Shown piece after piece: positions 1 through 11,702 of a stretch of DNA of 64,000 bases. Below the pieces are notes generated by a model that saw only the letters and a list, made by a program, of their open reading frames with translations, ran no database searches and was not told where the DNA came from. A program made the position numbers and the translations under genes. Numbering within the stretch: the stretch's first letter is position 1; each line of letters starts with the position of its first letter. The stretch is from Heterodontus francisci (lineage: Eukaryota), in the NCBI RefSeq assembly GCF_036365525.1, contig NW_027141846.1:1-64000 (forward strand), given 5' to 3'.

Positions 1-1878
1 GTACTCCAGGGAGAATGCTGTCACTGAGACGGCCCTCGATGCAGCCCAGCCTCTACCAGTCATGGATGAGCTGGACATACAGCCAACCAAATCAGAACTC
101 AGTGATGCCATTGATTCTCTAGCAGTGGAAAAAGCCCCTGGGAAGGACAGCATTACCCCTGAAATAATCAAGAGTGCCAAGCCTGCTATACTCTCAGCAC
201 TACATGAACTGCTTTGCCTGTGCTGGGACGAGGGAGCAGTACCCCAGGACATGCGCGATGCCAATATCATCACCCTCTATAAAAACAAAGGTGACCGCGG
301 TGACTGCAACAACTACCGTGGAATCTCCCTGCTCAGCATAGTGGGGAAAGTCTTTGCTCGAGTCGCTCTGACAGGCTCCGAAGCTGGCCGAGCGCGTCTA
401 CCCTGAGGCACAGTGTGGCTTTCGTGCAGAGAGATCGACCGTTGACATGCTGTTCTCCCTTCGTCAGATACAGGAGAAATGCCGTGAACAACAGATGCCC
501 CTCTACATTGCTTTCATTGATCTCACCAAAGCCTTTGACCTCGTCAGCAGACGTGGTCTCTTCAGACTACTAGAAAGATTGGATGCCCACCAAAGCTACT
601 AAGTATCATCACCTCATTCCATGACAATATGAAGGCACAATTCAACATGGTGGCTCCTCCTCAGAGCCTTTCCTATCCTGAGTGGTGTGAAACAGGGCTG
701 TGTTCTCGCACCCACACTTTTTGGGATTTTCTTCTCCCTGCTGTTTCACATGCGTTCAAGTCCTCTGAAGAAGGAATTTTCCTCCTCACAAGATCAGGGG
801 GCAGGTTGTTCAACCTTGCCCGTCTAAGAGCGAAGTCCAAAGTACGGAAAGTCCTCATCAGGGAACTCCCTCTTTGCTGACGATGCTGCTTTAACATCTC
901 ACACTGAAGAGTGCCTGCAGAGTCTCATCGACCAGGTTTGCGGCTGCCTGCAATGAATTTGGCCTAACCATCAGCCTCAAGAAAACAAACATCATGGGGC
1001 AGGATGTCAGAAATGCTCCATCCATCAATATTGGCGACTACGCTCTGGAAGTAGTTCAAGATTCAACCTACCTGGGCTTCAACTATCACCAGTAACCTGT
1101 CTCTAGATGCAGAAATCAACAAGCGCATGGGAAAGGCTTCCACTGCTATGTCCAGACTGGCCAAGAAAGTGTGGGAAAATGGCGCACTGACACGGAACAC
1201 AAAAGTCCGAGTGTATCAGGCCTGTGTCCTCAGTACCTTGCGCTATGGCAGCGAGGCCTGGACAACGTATGCCAGCCAAGAGCGACGTCTCAATTCATTC
1301 CATCTTCGCTGCCTCCGGAGAATACTTGGCATCAGGTGGCAGGACCGTATCTCCAACACAGAAGTCCTCGAGGTGGCCAACATCCCCAGCTTGTACACAC
1401 TACTGAGTCAGCGGCGCTTGAGATGGCTTGGCCATGTGAGCCGCATGGAAGATGGCAGGTTCCCCAAAGACACATTGTACAGCGAGCTCGCCACTGGTAT
1501 CAGACCCACCGGCCGTCCATGTCTCCGCTATAAAGACGTCTGCAAACGCGACATGAAATCCTGTGACATTGATCACAAGTCGTGGGAGTCAGTTGCCAGC
1601 GTTCGCCAGAGCTGGCGGGCAGCCATAAAGACAGGGCTAAAATGTGGCGAGTCGAAGAGACTTAGTAGTTGGCAGGAAAAAAGACAGAGGCGCAAGGAGA
1701 GAGCCAACTGTGCAACAGCCCCAACAAACAAATTTCTCTGCAGCACCTGTGGAAAAGCCTTTCACTCTAGAATTGGCCTTTCTAGCCACTCCAGGCGCTG
1801 CTTCACAAACCACTGACCACCTCCAGGCGCGTATCCATTGTCTCTCGAGATAAGGAGGTCCAAAAGAAAAAAAAAGAA
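1..1878 (+). mobile_element. RTE-clade non-LTR retrotransposon, 3' part (frameshifted RT), in PPP5C intron 3
   Basis: RT motifs KAPGKD, YKNKGDRGDCNNYRGISLLS, QCGFR, FIDLTKAFD, LFADD. RTE-type C-terminus (YGSEAW, RLRWLGHV) ending in a C2H2-like CSTCGK...H..R. 3' tail is A/GAA-rich. Several frameshifts. Confidence 0.9.
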
Positions 1879-2209
1879 CTTCTCCTCTAAACTTACATCA
1901 GAGTAACAACAACTCAGATGAGCTATCTGAGGGCTCCTGGTACTTGCAAGACAGCGCTTTCAGGAAGAGCAGCAAAAGAACAAGAGGTGAAAGGAGGAGA
2001 ACTTTCTTTACGCAGTGAGTTGTGATCTGGAACACGCTGCCTGAAAGGGCAGTGGAAGCAGACTCAATAGTAACTTTCAAAAGGGATTTGGATAAATACT
2101 TGAAGGCAATGCCTTGGGGAAGAGACAGTGGAGTGGAGGCTAATTGGATAGCTCTTTCAAAGAGCCAGAATTAGCACAATAGGCTGAATGGCCTCCTTTT
2201 GTGCTGCAT

Positions 2210-3287
2210 GGCAAACTGGATCCAAAATTGTGTTAGTGGCAGAAGGTGGTGATGGTCGAGAGTTGTTTTTGCGATTGGAAGCCTGTGACCAGTGGTGTAC
2301 CAGTGATCGGTGCTGGGACCCTTGCCGTTTGTAGTGTACATTAATGATTTAGACGTGAATATAGGAGGTATGATCAGTAAGTTTGCAGATGACATGAAAA
2401 TTGGTGGTGTCGTAAATAGTGAGGAGGAAAGCCTTAGATTACAGGATGATATAGATGGGCTTTTAAGATGGGCAGAGCAGTGGCAGATGGAATTTAATCC
2501 TGAGAAGTGTGAGGTGATGCATTTTGGGAGGACTAACAAGGCAAGGGAATATACAATGGATGGTAGGACCCTAGGAAGTACAGAAGGTCAGAGGGACCTT
2601 GGTGTACTTATCCATAAATCACTGAAGACAGCAGCACAGGTAGATAAGGTGGTTAGGAAGGCATATGGGATACTTGCCTTTATTAGCCAAGATATAGAAT
2701 ATAAGAGCAGGGAGGTTATGATGGAACTGTATAAAACGCTAGTTAGCCACAGCTGGAGTACTGTGTACAGTTCTGGTCGCCAAACTACAGGAAGGATGTG
2801 ATTGCACTGGAGAGGAGATTCACCAGGTTGTTGCCTGGGCTGGAGCATTTCAGCTATGAAGAGAGACTGGATAGGCTAGGGTTGTTTTCCTTAGAGCAGA
2901 GAAGGCTGAGGGGGGACCTGATTGAGGTATACAAAATTATGAGGGGCATAGATAGGGTAGATAGGAAGAAATGTTTTCCCTTAGCAGAGGTGTCAATAAC
3001 CAGGGGCATAGATTTAAGGTAAGGGGCAGGAGGTTTAGGGGGGATTTGAGGAAACATTTTTTCACCCAGAAGGTGGTTGGAATCTGCAACACACTGCCTG
3101 AAGGGGTGGTAGAGGCAGGAACCCTCACAACATTTAAGTATTTAGATGAGCACTTGAAACGCCATAGCATACAAGGCTACGGGCCAAGTGCTGGAAAACG
3201 GGCTTAGAATAGATAGATGCTTGATGGCCGGCATGGATACAATGGGCCGAAGGGCCTGTTTCTGGTTTGTATGACTCTCTGATTCTA
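2210..3287 (+). mobile_element. CR1-clade LINE, 5'-truncated RT/3' end
   Basis: LGPLPFVVYINDLD, SKFADDMK, WQMEFNPEKCEVMHFG, RRLRGDLIEVYKIM. CR1-type 3' UTR gggccgaagggcctgtttct...tgactctctgattcta. Confidence 0.9.
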
Positions 3288-3386
3288 AGAGCCGGGGAGA
3301 AAATGGAGTACAAGCTGGATCCAACCCCAGGTCCAGTGTGAAATGTGAAGTCTCCATTTTTAAAGCCAACCATCTCAGATACTTAC

Positions 3387-3534
3387 TCATGCTCTCTATG
3401 TCTAAAGAGTCCACCACTGATCTCTTCAGCTCATCATTTGCTATTGCACGCTCAAATGCTTTCTGTTTGACAATTTTGTTGCATTCTTGGTATTTCATTT
3501 TAGCATCTTTGTCATTTGGCTTCACTTTAACCAC
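3387..3534 (-). CDS. PPP5C: PPP5C coding exon 3 (148 nt)
   Basis: Acceptor ttgcag|GTG, donor ATGA|gtaagt. Encodes VVKVKPNDKDAKMKYQEC...DSLDIESM. Confidence 0.96.
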
Positions 3535-5164
3535 CTGCAATAGAACAGAAAGGCATAAACGTTATATCCGACTGCATTGAGTCGTGTGCAGGGATCGTTG
3601 TGCAGAGACTGACCCTTCTCTGAAAGACATCTACCCCAACCCACCCATGCACTCACTCCCAAGAACAAAGTCTGGAGTGAGGAAGGGCCATTCTGCCCAT
3701 CAAGCCTGCTCCTTCCAAAGTCACGGGCTTACACCCCCTGCCTCCTCACCTACCCCGCCCCCTGCCTCTCCTCACAAATCTGTTGATCCTATTGTCATCT
3801 CGTGACTGCAGACAGCACAGGTGAAATTCAGGGATCAGGGAGCTGACTTTGCAGTGAAGAGGTGACAAACTTATCAGCTGTAATTTTTTTTGTTTAAACT
3901 GACTTGGGCCAACTGTATGTACAGCGCCCGAAAATCAAAGACAAGACCAGGCAGAAGACTGCGTGGCTCACTCACATCTGAGCATTATCAACAGGCTTAT
4001 GTCACGTACTGGCATCAATACACTCCTGAGTGATCACGCTTAACCCAAGGTGTGATCTGGTTTGTGCGTGACTCTTAAACCATCTCAACTGGTTCCTAAC
4101 ACCAGCAACAGACCAATAACCAACAATACTTCACTCCTGGCACACAACTCAAATTGTTCCAGACTAAACCTCTCCCTTATACTTTACTGACATTCTGGGG
4201 ACAACTTTTCAGGTGGACTTTTTTTTTTACATTTATTTAAAATGGGGCTAACTACCTCACTCTCAGTCTGGACTGTCCAGAAACACAACTGAATGCCAGA
4301 TATTGGAAACTATCTGACTCCCTTGGAAATGAACAGCACCCCATTAAACACCAAGGCTGGCATACGCTGTTTAGGAGCTAAAAAAACCTGCAACCTTGAA
4401 CCACTTGGCGAATTCCAGAATCGCTCAAGGCCAACAAGTACACAAATGCATGCAAGAAAGCAAATATATATTAAGAAACTCACCTTACAACTAAAGCTGT
4501 CAGGAAGGAGATGAGTTAGCAGCAATTTTGTGGCACTGAGGTTGTAAGTGGGGTAGAATAGGACTGACAAGCCTGCTGCTAAAATAAGTCACAAATACAC
4601 CCAACTTGTATTTATAACAACTGACAGTATCTGGAATGATTTTCTATTAAGCTTTTACTGAAGATTCATCATCCGTATAGCCTCACTATAAATACCCTGA
4701 CAGTTCTGTGCATGCATCTGACTACATGCTGTAGCAACTGTTAAAATCTCTGCCAGCGTTTACAGAATTTGTTGGAGGGCGTTCCACTGAATACGAGAAA
4801 CAAAATCGGTACAAAACAGCAATGTTGGGCATCAGTCAACATGAAAATGCCTGGACTTACATATCCCTTTTCTTTTTAAGAAACTCACAGTGCGATAACA
4901 GGACTGTCTTATTGCTCGGCTTCTCTCGATGTGGAGCAGAGAGGCTTGCGTAGCTGAGCGGGAGGACATCTTGTTAGGACACCGTGAAGTCACGACACTT
5001 CTAAATACCAACCGCAACTCATCCTACAAATCGCTTCCCCTCCCACCACGCTTTGTTTGTATTCAGGGCTTCAAGTTCCACACATTTTTCTCTCCTCTTT
5101 AACTAGTCAGGCCCCTGTGAAGATTCAGTTGCTAACTGAGGCGTGTGACTGACCAGGGAATTTT

Positions 5165-5507
5165 TTTAGTTTAGTTTAGAGATACAGCACTGAAACAGGC
5201 CCTTCGGCCCACCGGGTCCGTGCCGACCATCAACCACCTATTAAGATACTAATCCTACACTAATTCCATATTCCTACCACATCCCCACCTTTCCTTATAT
5301 TTCCCTACCACCTACCTAGACTAGGAACAATTTATAATGGCCAATTTACCTATCAACCCGCAAGTCTTTGGCTGTGGGAGGAAACCGGAGCACCCGGAGG
5401 AAACCCACGCAGACACAGGGAGAACTTGCAAACTCCACACAGGCAGTACCCAGAATTGAACCTGGGTCGCTGGAGCTGAGGCTGCGGTGCTAACCACTGC
5501 GCCGCCC
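5165..5507 (-). mobile_element. tRNA-derived V-domain SINE (HE1-like)
   Basis: Head with A/B boxes (gcagtggttagc, gggttcaattc). Core tgtgtggagtttgcaagttctccctgtgtctgcgtgggtttcctccgggtgctccggtttcctcccaca. CR1-like tail ending (aaact)n. At least 7 copies in the window. Family name is from recall. Confidence 0.85.
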
Positions 5508-7459
5508 AATTATTAGCCAGTGTCCCTGTGATTCCCATTGGAAGCTGCAGGGGGTGAGGGCAGACGCAAGTCAACTCAGTTACGATGGTCCCCACAGTCG
5601 AACAACTGTATAGGATCGCAGATGAACAATTGACCGGTTCTGTGCAACAGAATCCCAGCAAGTTAACATATTCAGGAGAAGAGAAAGACAACCAAGAACA
5701 AAACAAACATAGGGCTCACAGTTACAACAAATAAATAACAAAGGAGGAAGGACTGTGCATTCATGTATCCCAGCCTGAGGATTTTCCAAAGCGCTTCACA
5801 AACAATGAATTGCTTATGAATGGCAGTCACTCATGTAAGAAAATGCAGTGTGCACAGCAAGATTCCACAAACAATAACAAGCTAACTGACCAATTAATTT
5901 GTGCGGGTGATGTTGGTTTTAGGATAAATGCTGGCCAGGACACTGGGAGCCACCCCCACTCTGCTTTGACAAAACGCCACAGGATCTTTTACATCCAGGC
6001 GTCTGTCTTAACCTCTCACCTGAAAGCTGGGACCTCTTACAATTCAGCACACCCAAGATTTAGTGCACCAGTCCTGCAGTGAAGCTTGAACCCATGGCCT
6101 TCTGGTTCCGAGGCGAGTGTCCTACCCACAGTGCCAAACTAACAAATATACTTCCTCTTTTAGAAAATAAAGATTTGAAACAATGCCACCCACACCCCCC
6201 CTCCCCAAGTAAAAACTGAGGGAAGTTATAAATTCCCTTCCAATATGGACTTCAGAAATCATCTGAACTCAGGAGCATCTACTTTTAGAATGAAGGGCAC
6301 TTGGATCTATCCTGGTGTTTTTGGGTTTTGCCATTTAAATGGCCTGGATTTAAACAACAGGAACAGTCTTCTTAAAAGATGTTCCTATTTTAAAACTAAC
6401 AGACACTAGGAAAAACAAATTCCCTCCCTAAACCTTTCCATCTTGCTACCTTGTTCCTCAAAACCTTTGTTTTACCTCCTTATGTGGCTCGGTGTCAAAC
6501 TTTGTTTGATAATGCTCCAATGAAACACCTTGGACCTTGGTACTATGTTAAAGGCACTGCTGCTGATTAGCTGCACCACACAAGATGTGAACAGTCCAGG
6601 TTTGTTCAACAGCCTGCGCTGACATGAGCTCATCAGGACTAGAGCAGCAGTAAGGACGATATAATTGGCTTCAGTGCCCCAGTATTGGCAAAGTGAATGT
6701 CAACAGGGTTCCTGCCTCTGAGCACTAACCAGCAACTGCTCTGGGAACCTTATGTTCTGGGAACCAGTGGACCTTATGCGACCTCCACTCCACCCCAATG
6801 TCACTCACCTTGTCTCGGTATGACTGGGGCACAGGTGAGAAACAGGAAAAAAAAAAACTCAGACTGAGGAAGACCTGGACTAAGTGTGGCATTTTCCAAT
6901 TACACTTGGTTATCTGACTCTCTTAGAAACACAGGCACAGGAGTAGGTCAGCCAGTCCCTCAAGACTGTTCCTGCATTCTATGAGAACCTCATGGAGGAT
7001 CTGCATCCTAACTCATTCACCTACCTTGGTTCCATATCCATTAATACTTTTTCTCTCCCAGCTTCCCCTTTTCTGATTCTATGGTTTACTGAGCTCCCGT
7101 TTTGCACATATGAAGGGCCCTCAAGCCACAAATATGAACAGGTCGGTCCATTCTCCAGATGCTGTCTGATCGTCTGAACGTTTCCAGCATTTTCTCCCAC
7201 TTACTGTTTCTGATCTCCAACATTTTGCACTCTTATTCACAAAACTAGAAATCTGCTTGTTATTGACCCAGCAGGAGTGAATGTCATCGCACAGATACAG
7301 GTATAAAACTCAAGTTGATGTTGGGTCAATTCTGAAAGGTATTAAGGGATATGGGGCAAAGGCAGGTATATGGAGTTAGGTCACAGATCAGCCATGATCT
7401 CATTGAATGGCCTCCTGCCGTATGCTTTGTTAAAACAAAATCAGGAGATTCCCACTCAC

Positions 7460-7701
7460 CGTATCGTAGTCTTTAAGCGCAGCTTTAAACTTGCCAAGTG
7501 CCATGTTGGCTGTCGCCCGCCTGTAGTATCCTTTAATGTATTTCTTATCCAGGTCCACTGCCTTGGTGGCATCCGACAAGGCGTATCCATAATATTCAGT
7601 CCGTAAGTATGCTAAGCTACGGTTCCCATAATAAATAGCATTCTCCGAGTTCAGCTCGATGGCCAGTGTATAATACTTAATGGCATTGTCGTAATCCTTG
7701 T
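7460..7701 (-). CDS. PPP5C: PPP5C coding exon 2 (242 nt, TPR repeats)
   Basis: Acceptor ttgtag|AC, donor ACG|gtgagt. Lies inside ORF 7430..7786 and encodes KDYDNAIKYY...ALKDYDT. Confidence 0.96.
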
Positions 7702-10694
7702 CTACAAGGGAACAGTCCGTCATTAGAAACTGATAACAGGTAACACAGCCAACTAGAGTTTGCAGCATTGAACAGAGATTATACACAACTGGTGCCCAAC
7801 ACAGTGCACAGTAACTGTATTGGAAACAGTCACTGTTAAAATATCTTCAGCTCAAAGCCAACACTTCTTACATAGTTTGCATGAAATGCAAGATAGAACC
7901 CAGGGTAAATAGCCTAAGCTGGACCCTCAGAATGGTAGCCCTCTGCCTATACCACCCCACATTCCCAACCAACCTGCTTCAATTCTCTCCCAGCCTTTCC
8001 TGAAAGTGCAGTCTCTCACTTGGCTACATCACACACAAAGCAACCTTTCCGAGCTGCTCACCTGTGCTGTGCAAGCCTCGACTTTTGAGCAGTTGTTAGC
8101 TGTACCACCGTGGACAGCACCACTGGTCAGCTCAATCCTGCCCTCAGCCAGTGCTTGCGTGCCCATTCCAAGCCCGGGTCACTGGCGGCTAATTAGGAAT
8201 AAAATATCCATTACTGTGCTGGGACAGAATTACCCCAGAATTGGGACAGGAGACCCCTTACTTTTAATTTATGTTTCCACATCAAATGTAGCACAAACTG
8301 TTCAGGGAGCACACAGAGTAGAAATTAAGTGATTTTATCAATTAAAATCCATAGTATCTCTACAGAATCAGCTTGTTCTAGCCAGGGACACCACTACAGA
8401 CAAGTTCAGTGCAGCATCCTCACCTCTAACTCAAAAGGTTGTGGATGCAAATCGGTCTCCTGGATTTGAGCATATAATTATAGGAAGACAGGAAGAGCAA
8501 TCAGATCATGGCCAATCCCTGTACCACAAAGAGGCAGGAACCCTCACAACATTTAAGTAGTATTTAGATGAGCACTTCAAAAGCCATAGCAGACAAGGCT
8601 ACAAGCCAAGTGCTGGAAAATGGGACTAGAATAGTTAGGTACTCGATGGCTGGTACAGACATGATGGGCCGAAGGACTTGTTTCTGTGCTGTATAACTCT
8701 ATGACTTTATAACTCCAATTACCTGCCTGTACGCCCTATTGCTCAAGCACAGGGTGCAGTATTGTCAAAGTAGTCAGCTTTTAAATGAGACATTAAAACA
8801 AGGATCCACCTGAACAGGAAGTCGGATGTGAAATATCCCCATTGCACTACTTGTACAGAATTCCTTCAGCATCCTGGCCAACACCACGAACCGATGAACT
8901 GATCATTCATCTTGCTAGTTCATGGGAACTAGCTGTGCTCAAACTGGTTGCCACTTTTGCCTACATAACAACACTGACTACACTTCGAAAGTAGCTCATT
9001 AGCCTGGGATGTGCCGAGATCAGGAAAGCAGACATGTAAATGCATGTCACCTGTAATGGCGATGCACTCATCTGAATATAATATTCAATTTTCCAGAGGC
9101 TGCTTGCCCCACCATCACTTTACCTCGCTTGCCTTCTGATTATGCCTCCTACAGCCCAATAGTCACTGATGGGAGGCCATTACTCTATGGAATGTTGATT
9201 AGATTGAAGCCCGCAACATTCTCTTCAACACGCATTATTCAACAAGCCAGAAGAGTTTTACCAGAATGGTATCAGGGATGAGGAACTGCAGTTACGTGGC
9301 GAGATTGGAAGAAGCTGGGGTTGCTCTCCTCTGGGCAAAGAAGGTGACGAGGAGATTTGATAGAGGTGTTCAAAATCCCAAATGGTTAGAGAAACTGCTT
9401 CCAGTGGCAAAAGAGTCAGTAACCAGAGGACACAGATTTAAGCCGATTCGCAAAAGAACCAGAGGCAACATGAGGAAACTTTTTTTCCCCCCCCATATAG
9501 TGAGATATTGTGATCTGGAATGCACCACTTGAAAGAATTCTGGAAGTAGATTCAACAATTACATTATAAAACAAATTTAGGAAAAAAATTGACAGGGCTA
9601 TGGGGAAAGAGTTGTGGGAGTGGGACTAATTAGCTCTAACAAACAGCTCGCACTGGCACAAAGGGCCAAATAGCCTATCAATCTATGATTCTATGCAAGG
9701 GCTCTCAGCAATCTTGCCACTGCACTCTTAACTGAATTATACTTCATGTCCACTTGCTTTGCCCTTCTCCTTATTTCAACCGCTTAACAGCACTACCTTC
9801 CTCGCTAAACTGCTTGCTATCCCAAGTGTGATGGTGGAAAAGGATTTGCAAGGATGATACCAGAACTGAGAGATCAAAACTATCAGGAAAGGTTGAACAG
9901 GCTGGGGCTCTTTCCACTATGAGAGGGGAGGTTGGGCAGTGCTTTACAGCTCTTTAAAATGATGGAGGGGTTTGGTAGGGTATATGCAGCGATATGTTCC
10001 CACTTGTCCAAAATGAGGGGTCATAAATATAAGACAATCGCTAATAAATCCAGTAAGGATTCCAGAAGAATCTTCTTTACCCAAAGTGGTTAGAATGTGG
10101 AACTCACCACCACATGGAGTATAAGATTAGATGCATTGAAGGGGAAGCTGGATAAGTACATGAGGGAAAAATAAATAGAAGAATATGTTGATAGGGTGCG
10201 ATGAAGTAGGGTAAGCTCATCTGGAGCATAAACACCAGCATGGACCATGTGGGCCGAACGGCCTTTGATGGAGTGGTAAAATTCTATGTAAATGAACATG
10301 GATTCTCTCTAGTTTAATCAGACTCAAACTGCAAACAAGAAATCTCTAGTTCTTTTGAAGTGTAATCGCTGTTATAATGTAGGAAAACATGGCATCCAAT
10401 TTGCACACAGGAAGATCCCACAAACGGCAATGACCAGATAATCTGACAAGTGACATTAGTTGAGGGATAAATATTGGCCAGGTCAGTCAGGAGAACTCCC
10501 CTGCTCTTCTTTGAAACATTGCCCTGGGATCTTTAACATTCAACTAAATGTTCAACAACATTCAACCAGGCTTCAGTTTAACATCTCAACTCATCTTGCC
10601 TATCCATTTAAGACCATTTTTCTCACGCACTCCTTGTGAGGCAGTGGTTGCAATAGGTGTATACAGGAAATTGGAGCAGCCCGAGACTGATATG

Positions 10695-10910
10695 ACTCTC
10701 AACCTTCCCCACTATAACTAACAGCACATTATGTGGCAATCAACCTCCCCACCCCCATTGTACCTAATAGCTCACTATGTGGCACCCAACCTCTCCCATT
10801 GTAATTAATTACTCATTATTTGGCACCTAACCTCCCTCATGGCGAGTAATAGCCCACTATCTGGCACCCAACCTCCTCCATTGTAAGTAACAGCTCACTA
10901 TTTGGCAGCA
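10695..10910. repeat. Degenerate ~40-bp tandem repeat in PPP5C intron 1
   Basis: About 5 units of tggcacccaacctc.cccattgtaa.taa.agctcacta. Confidence 0.7.
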
Positions 10911-10959
10911 TCGACAACCAGGCCCTTTCCTCCTCCCCTCACACACGAGGATCCAGAGC

Positions 10960-11345
10960 CGGCTGAGGGGCCCCGGTCGCTAACCCAGGATGAGGGGGGG
11001 GGGGGTGACCGGGGCAAGGTGGAGGGGCAGTTACTCAAGGACGCTCAGGGCCCTCCTCACCTTTGAAATACTGGTTGGCTTTGGCCTTCATCCCCTCGGC
11101 CCGGTCCTGCTGTTCGCCGCTCGCCCCATCCGCGCCCTCCGCCATTTTCCGCCTGGGCCGTAAATCCCGCAACCCTTCCTCTTCTTCCTCCTCCTCCTCC
11201 TCCTCCTCCCCCGGCCGGCCTTAGCAACCGGTCGCAAAACAAACAGCCGGCTCCCCGCGACTGTCGTGAAGAAACGTCATCTTCTGACGTCATACGCAAC
11301 ATCGACGTAACGTGGATGCGCTGACGTCACACGCAACAGCCCCCG
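10960..11345 (-). promoter_or_regulatory. CpG-rich promoter/first-exon region of PPP5C
   Basis: CpG density is locally high around exon 1. Two perfect TGACGTCA (CRE) palindromes at 11285-11292 and 11322-11329; RFX X-box-like CCTTAGCAAC at 11219-11228; YY1-type CCGCCATTTT overlapping the ATG; (GGA)n tract in the presumed 5' UTR. Confidence 0.75.
11061..11145 (-). CDS. PPP5C: Serine/threonine-protein phosphatase 5, coding exon 1 (85 nt)
   Basis: ATG at 11145-11143 in the context AAAATGGCG. Encodes MAEGADGASGEQQDRAEGMKAKANQYFK. Donor AAAG|gtgagg. Not reported in the ORF track. Confidence 0.92.
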
Positions 11346-11389
11346 GGGGATTCCCCAGAGAAGCAACGCCTGCAAGTGGGATTCCCAAG

Positions 11390-11702
11390 TATACCCACAC
11401 AAATGCAATACAATCAAATATACCCCACACCCCCTGCAATGCAATCAAATATACCCCAAATGCACCCCCCGAAATGCAAATATACCCCACACCCTGCCTG
11501 CAATGCAATCAAATATACCCAAACACACCCTGCAATACAGATATACCCAAACACCACCCGCAATGCAATCAATTGTGCCCCACATGCACCCCCCGCAGTG
11601 CAAATATACCCCACACCCCACCTACAATGCAATCAAATATACCCCACATGCCCCCCTGCGATGCAAATATGCCCCACACCCCCTCTGCAATGCAATCAAA
11701 TA
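11390..11702. repeat. Degenerate ~30-bp tandem repeat just upstream of the PPP5C promoter
   Basis: Recurrent tgcaatgcaatcaaatataccccacaccccc. Confidence 0.85.

Larger units (their letters stand above)
3387..11145 (-). other. PPP5C: PPP5C gene, 5' part (coding exons 1-3; remainder lies left of the window)
   Basis: join(11061..11145,7460..7701,3387..3534) on the minus strand gives MAEGADGASGEQQDRAEGMKAKANQYFKD KDYDNAIKYYTLAIELNSENAIYYGNRSLAYLRTEYYGYALSDATKAVDLDKKYIKGYYRRATANMALGKFKAALKDYDT VVKVKPNDKDAKMKYQECNKIVKQKAFERAIANDELKRSVVDSLDIESM. This is the three-TPR N-terminus of protein phosphatase 5. Splice phases 1/0/1 are consistent. Confidence 0.96.

Noticed and set aside
4790-5050. Non-repetitive CpG-containing stretch in PPP5C intron 2 as a snoRNA or alternative exon
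   Set aside because: No convincing C/D or H/ACA box arrangement or recognisable peptide. Only a donor-like GTAAGT.
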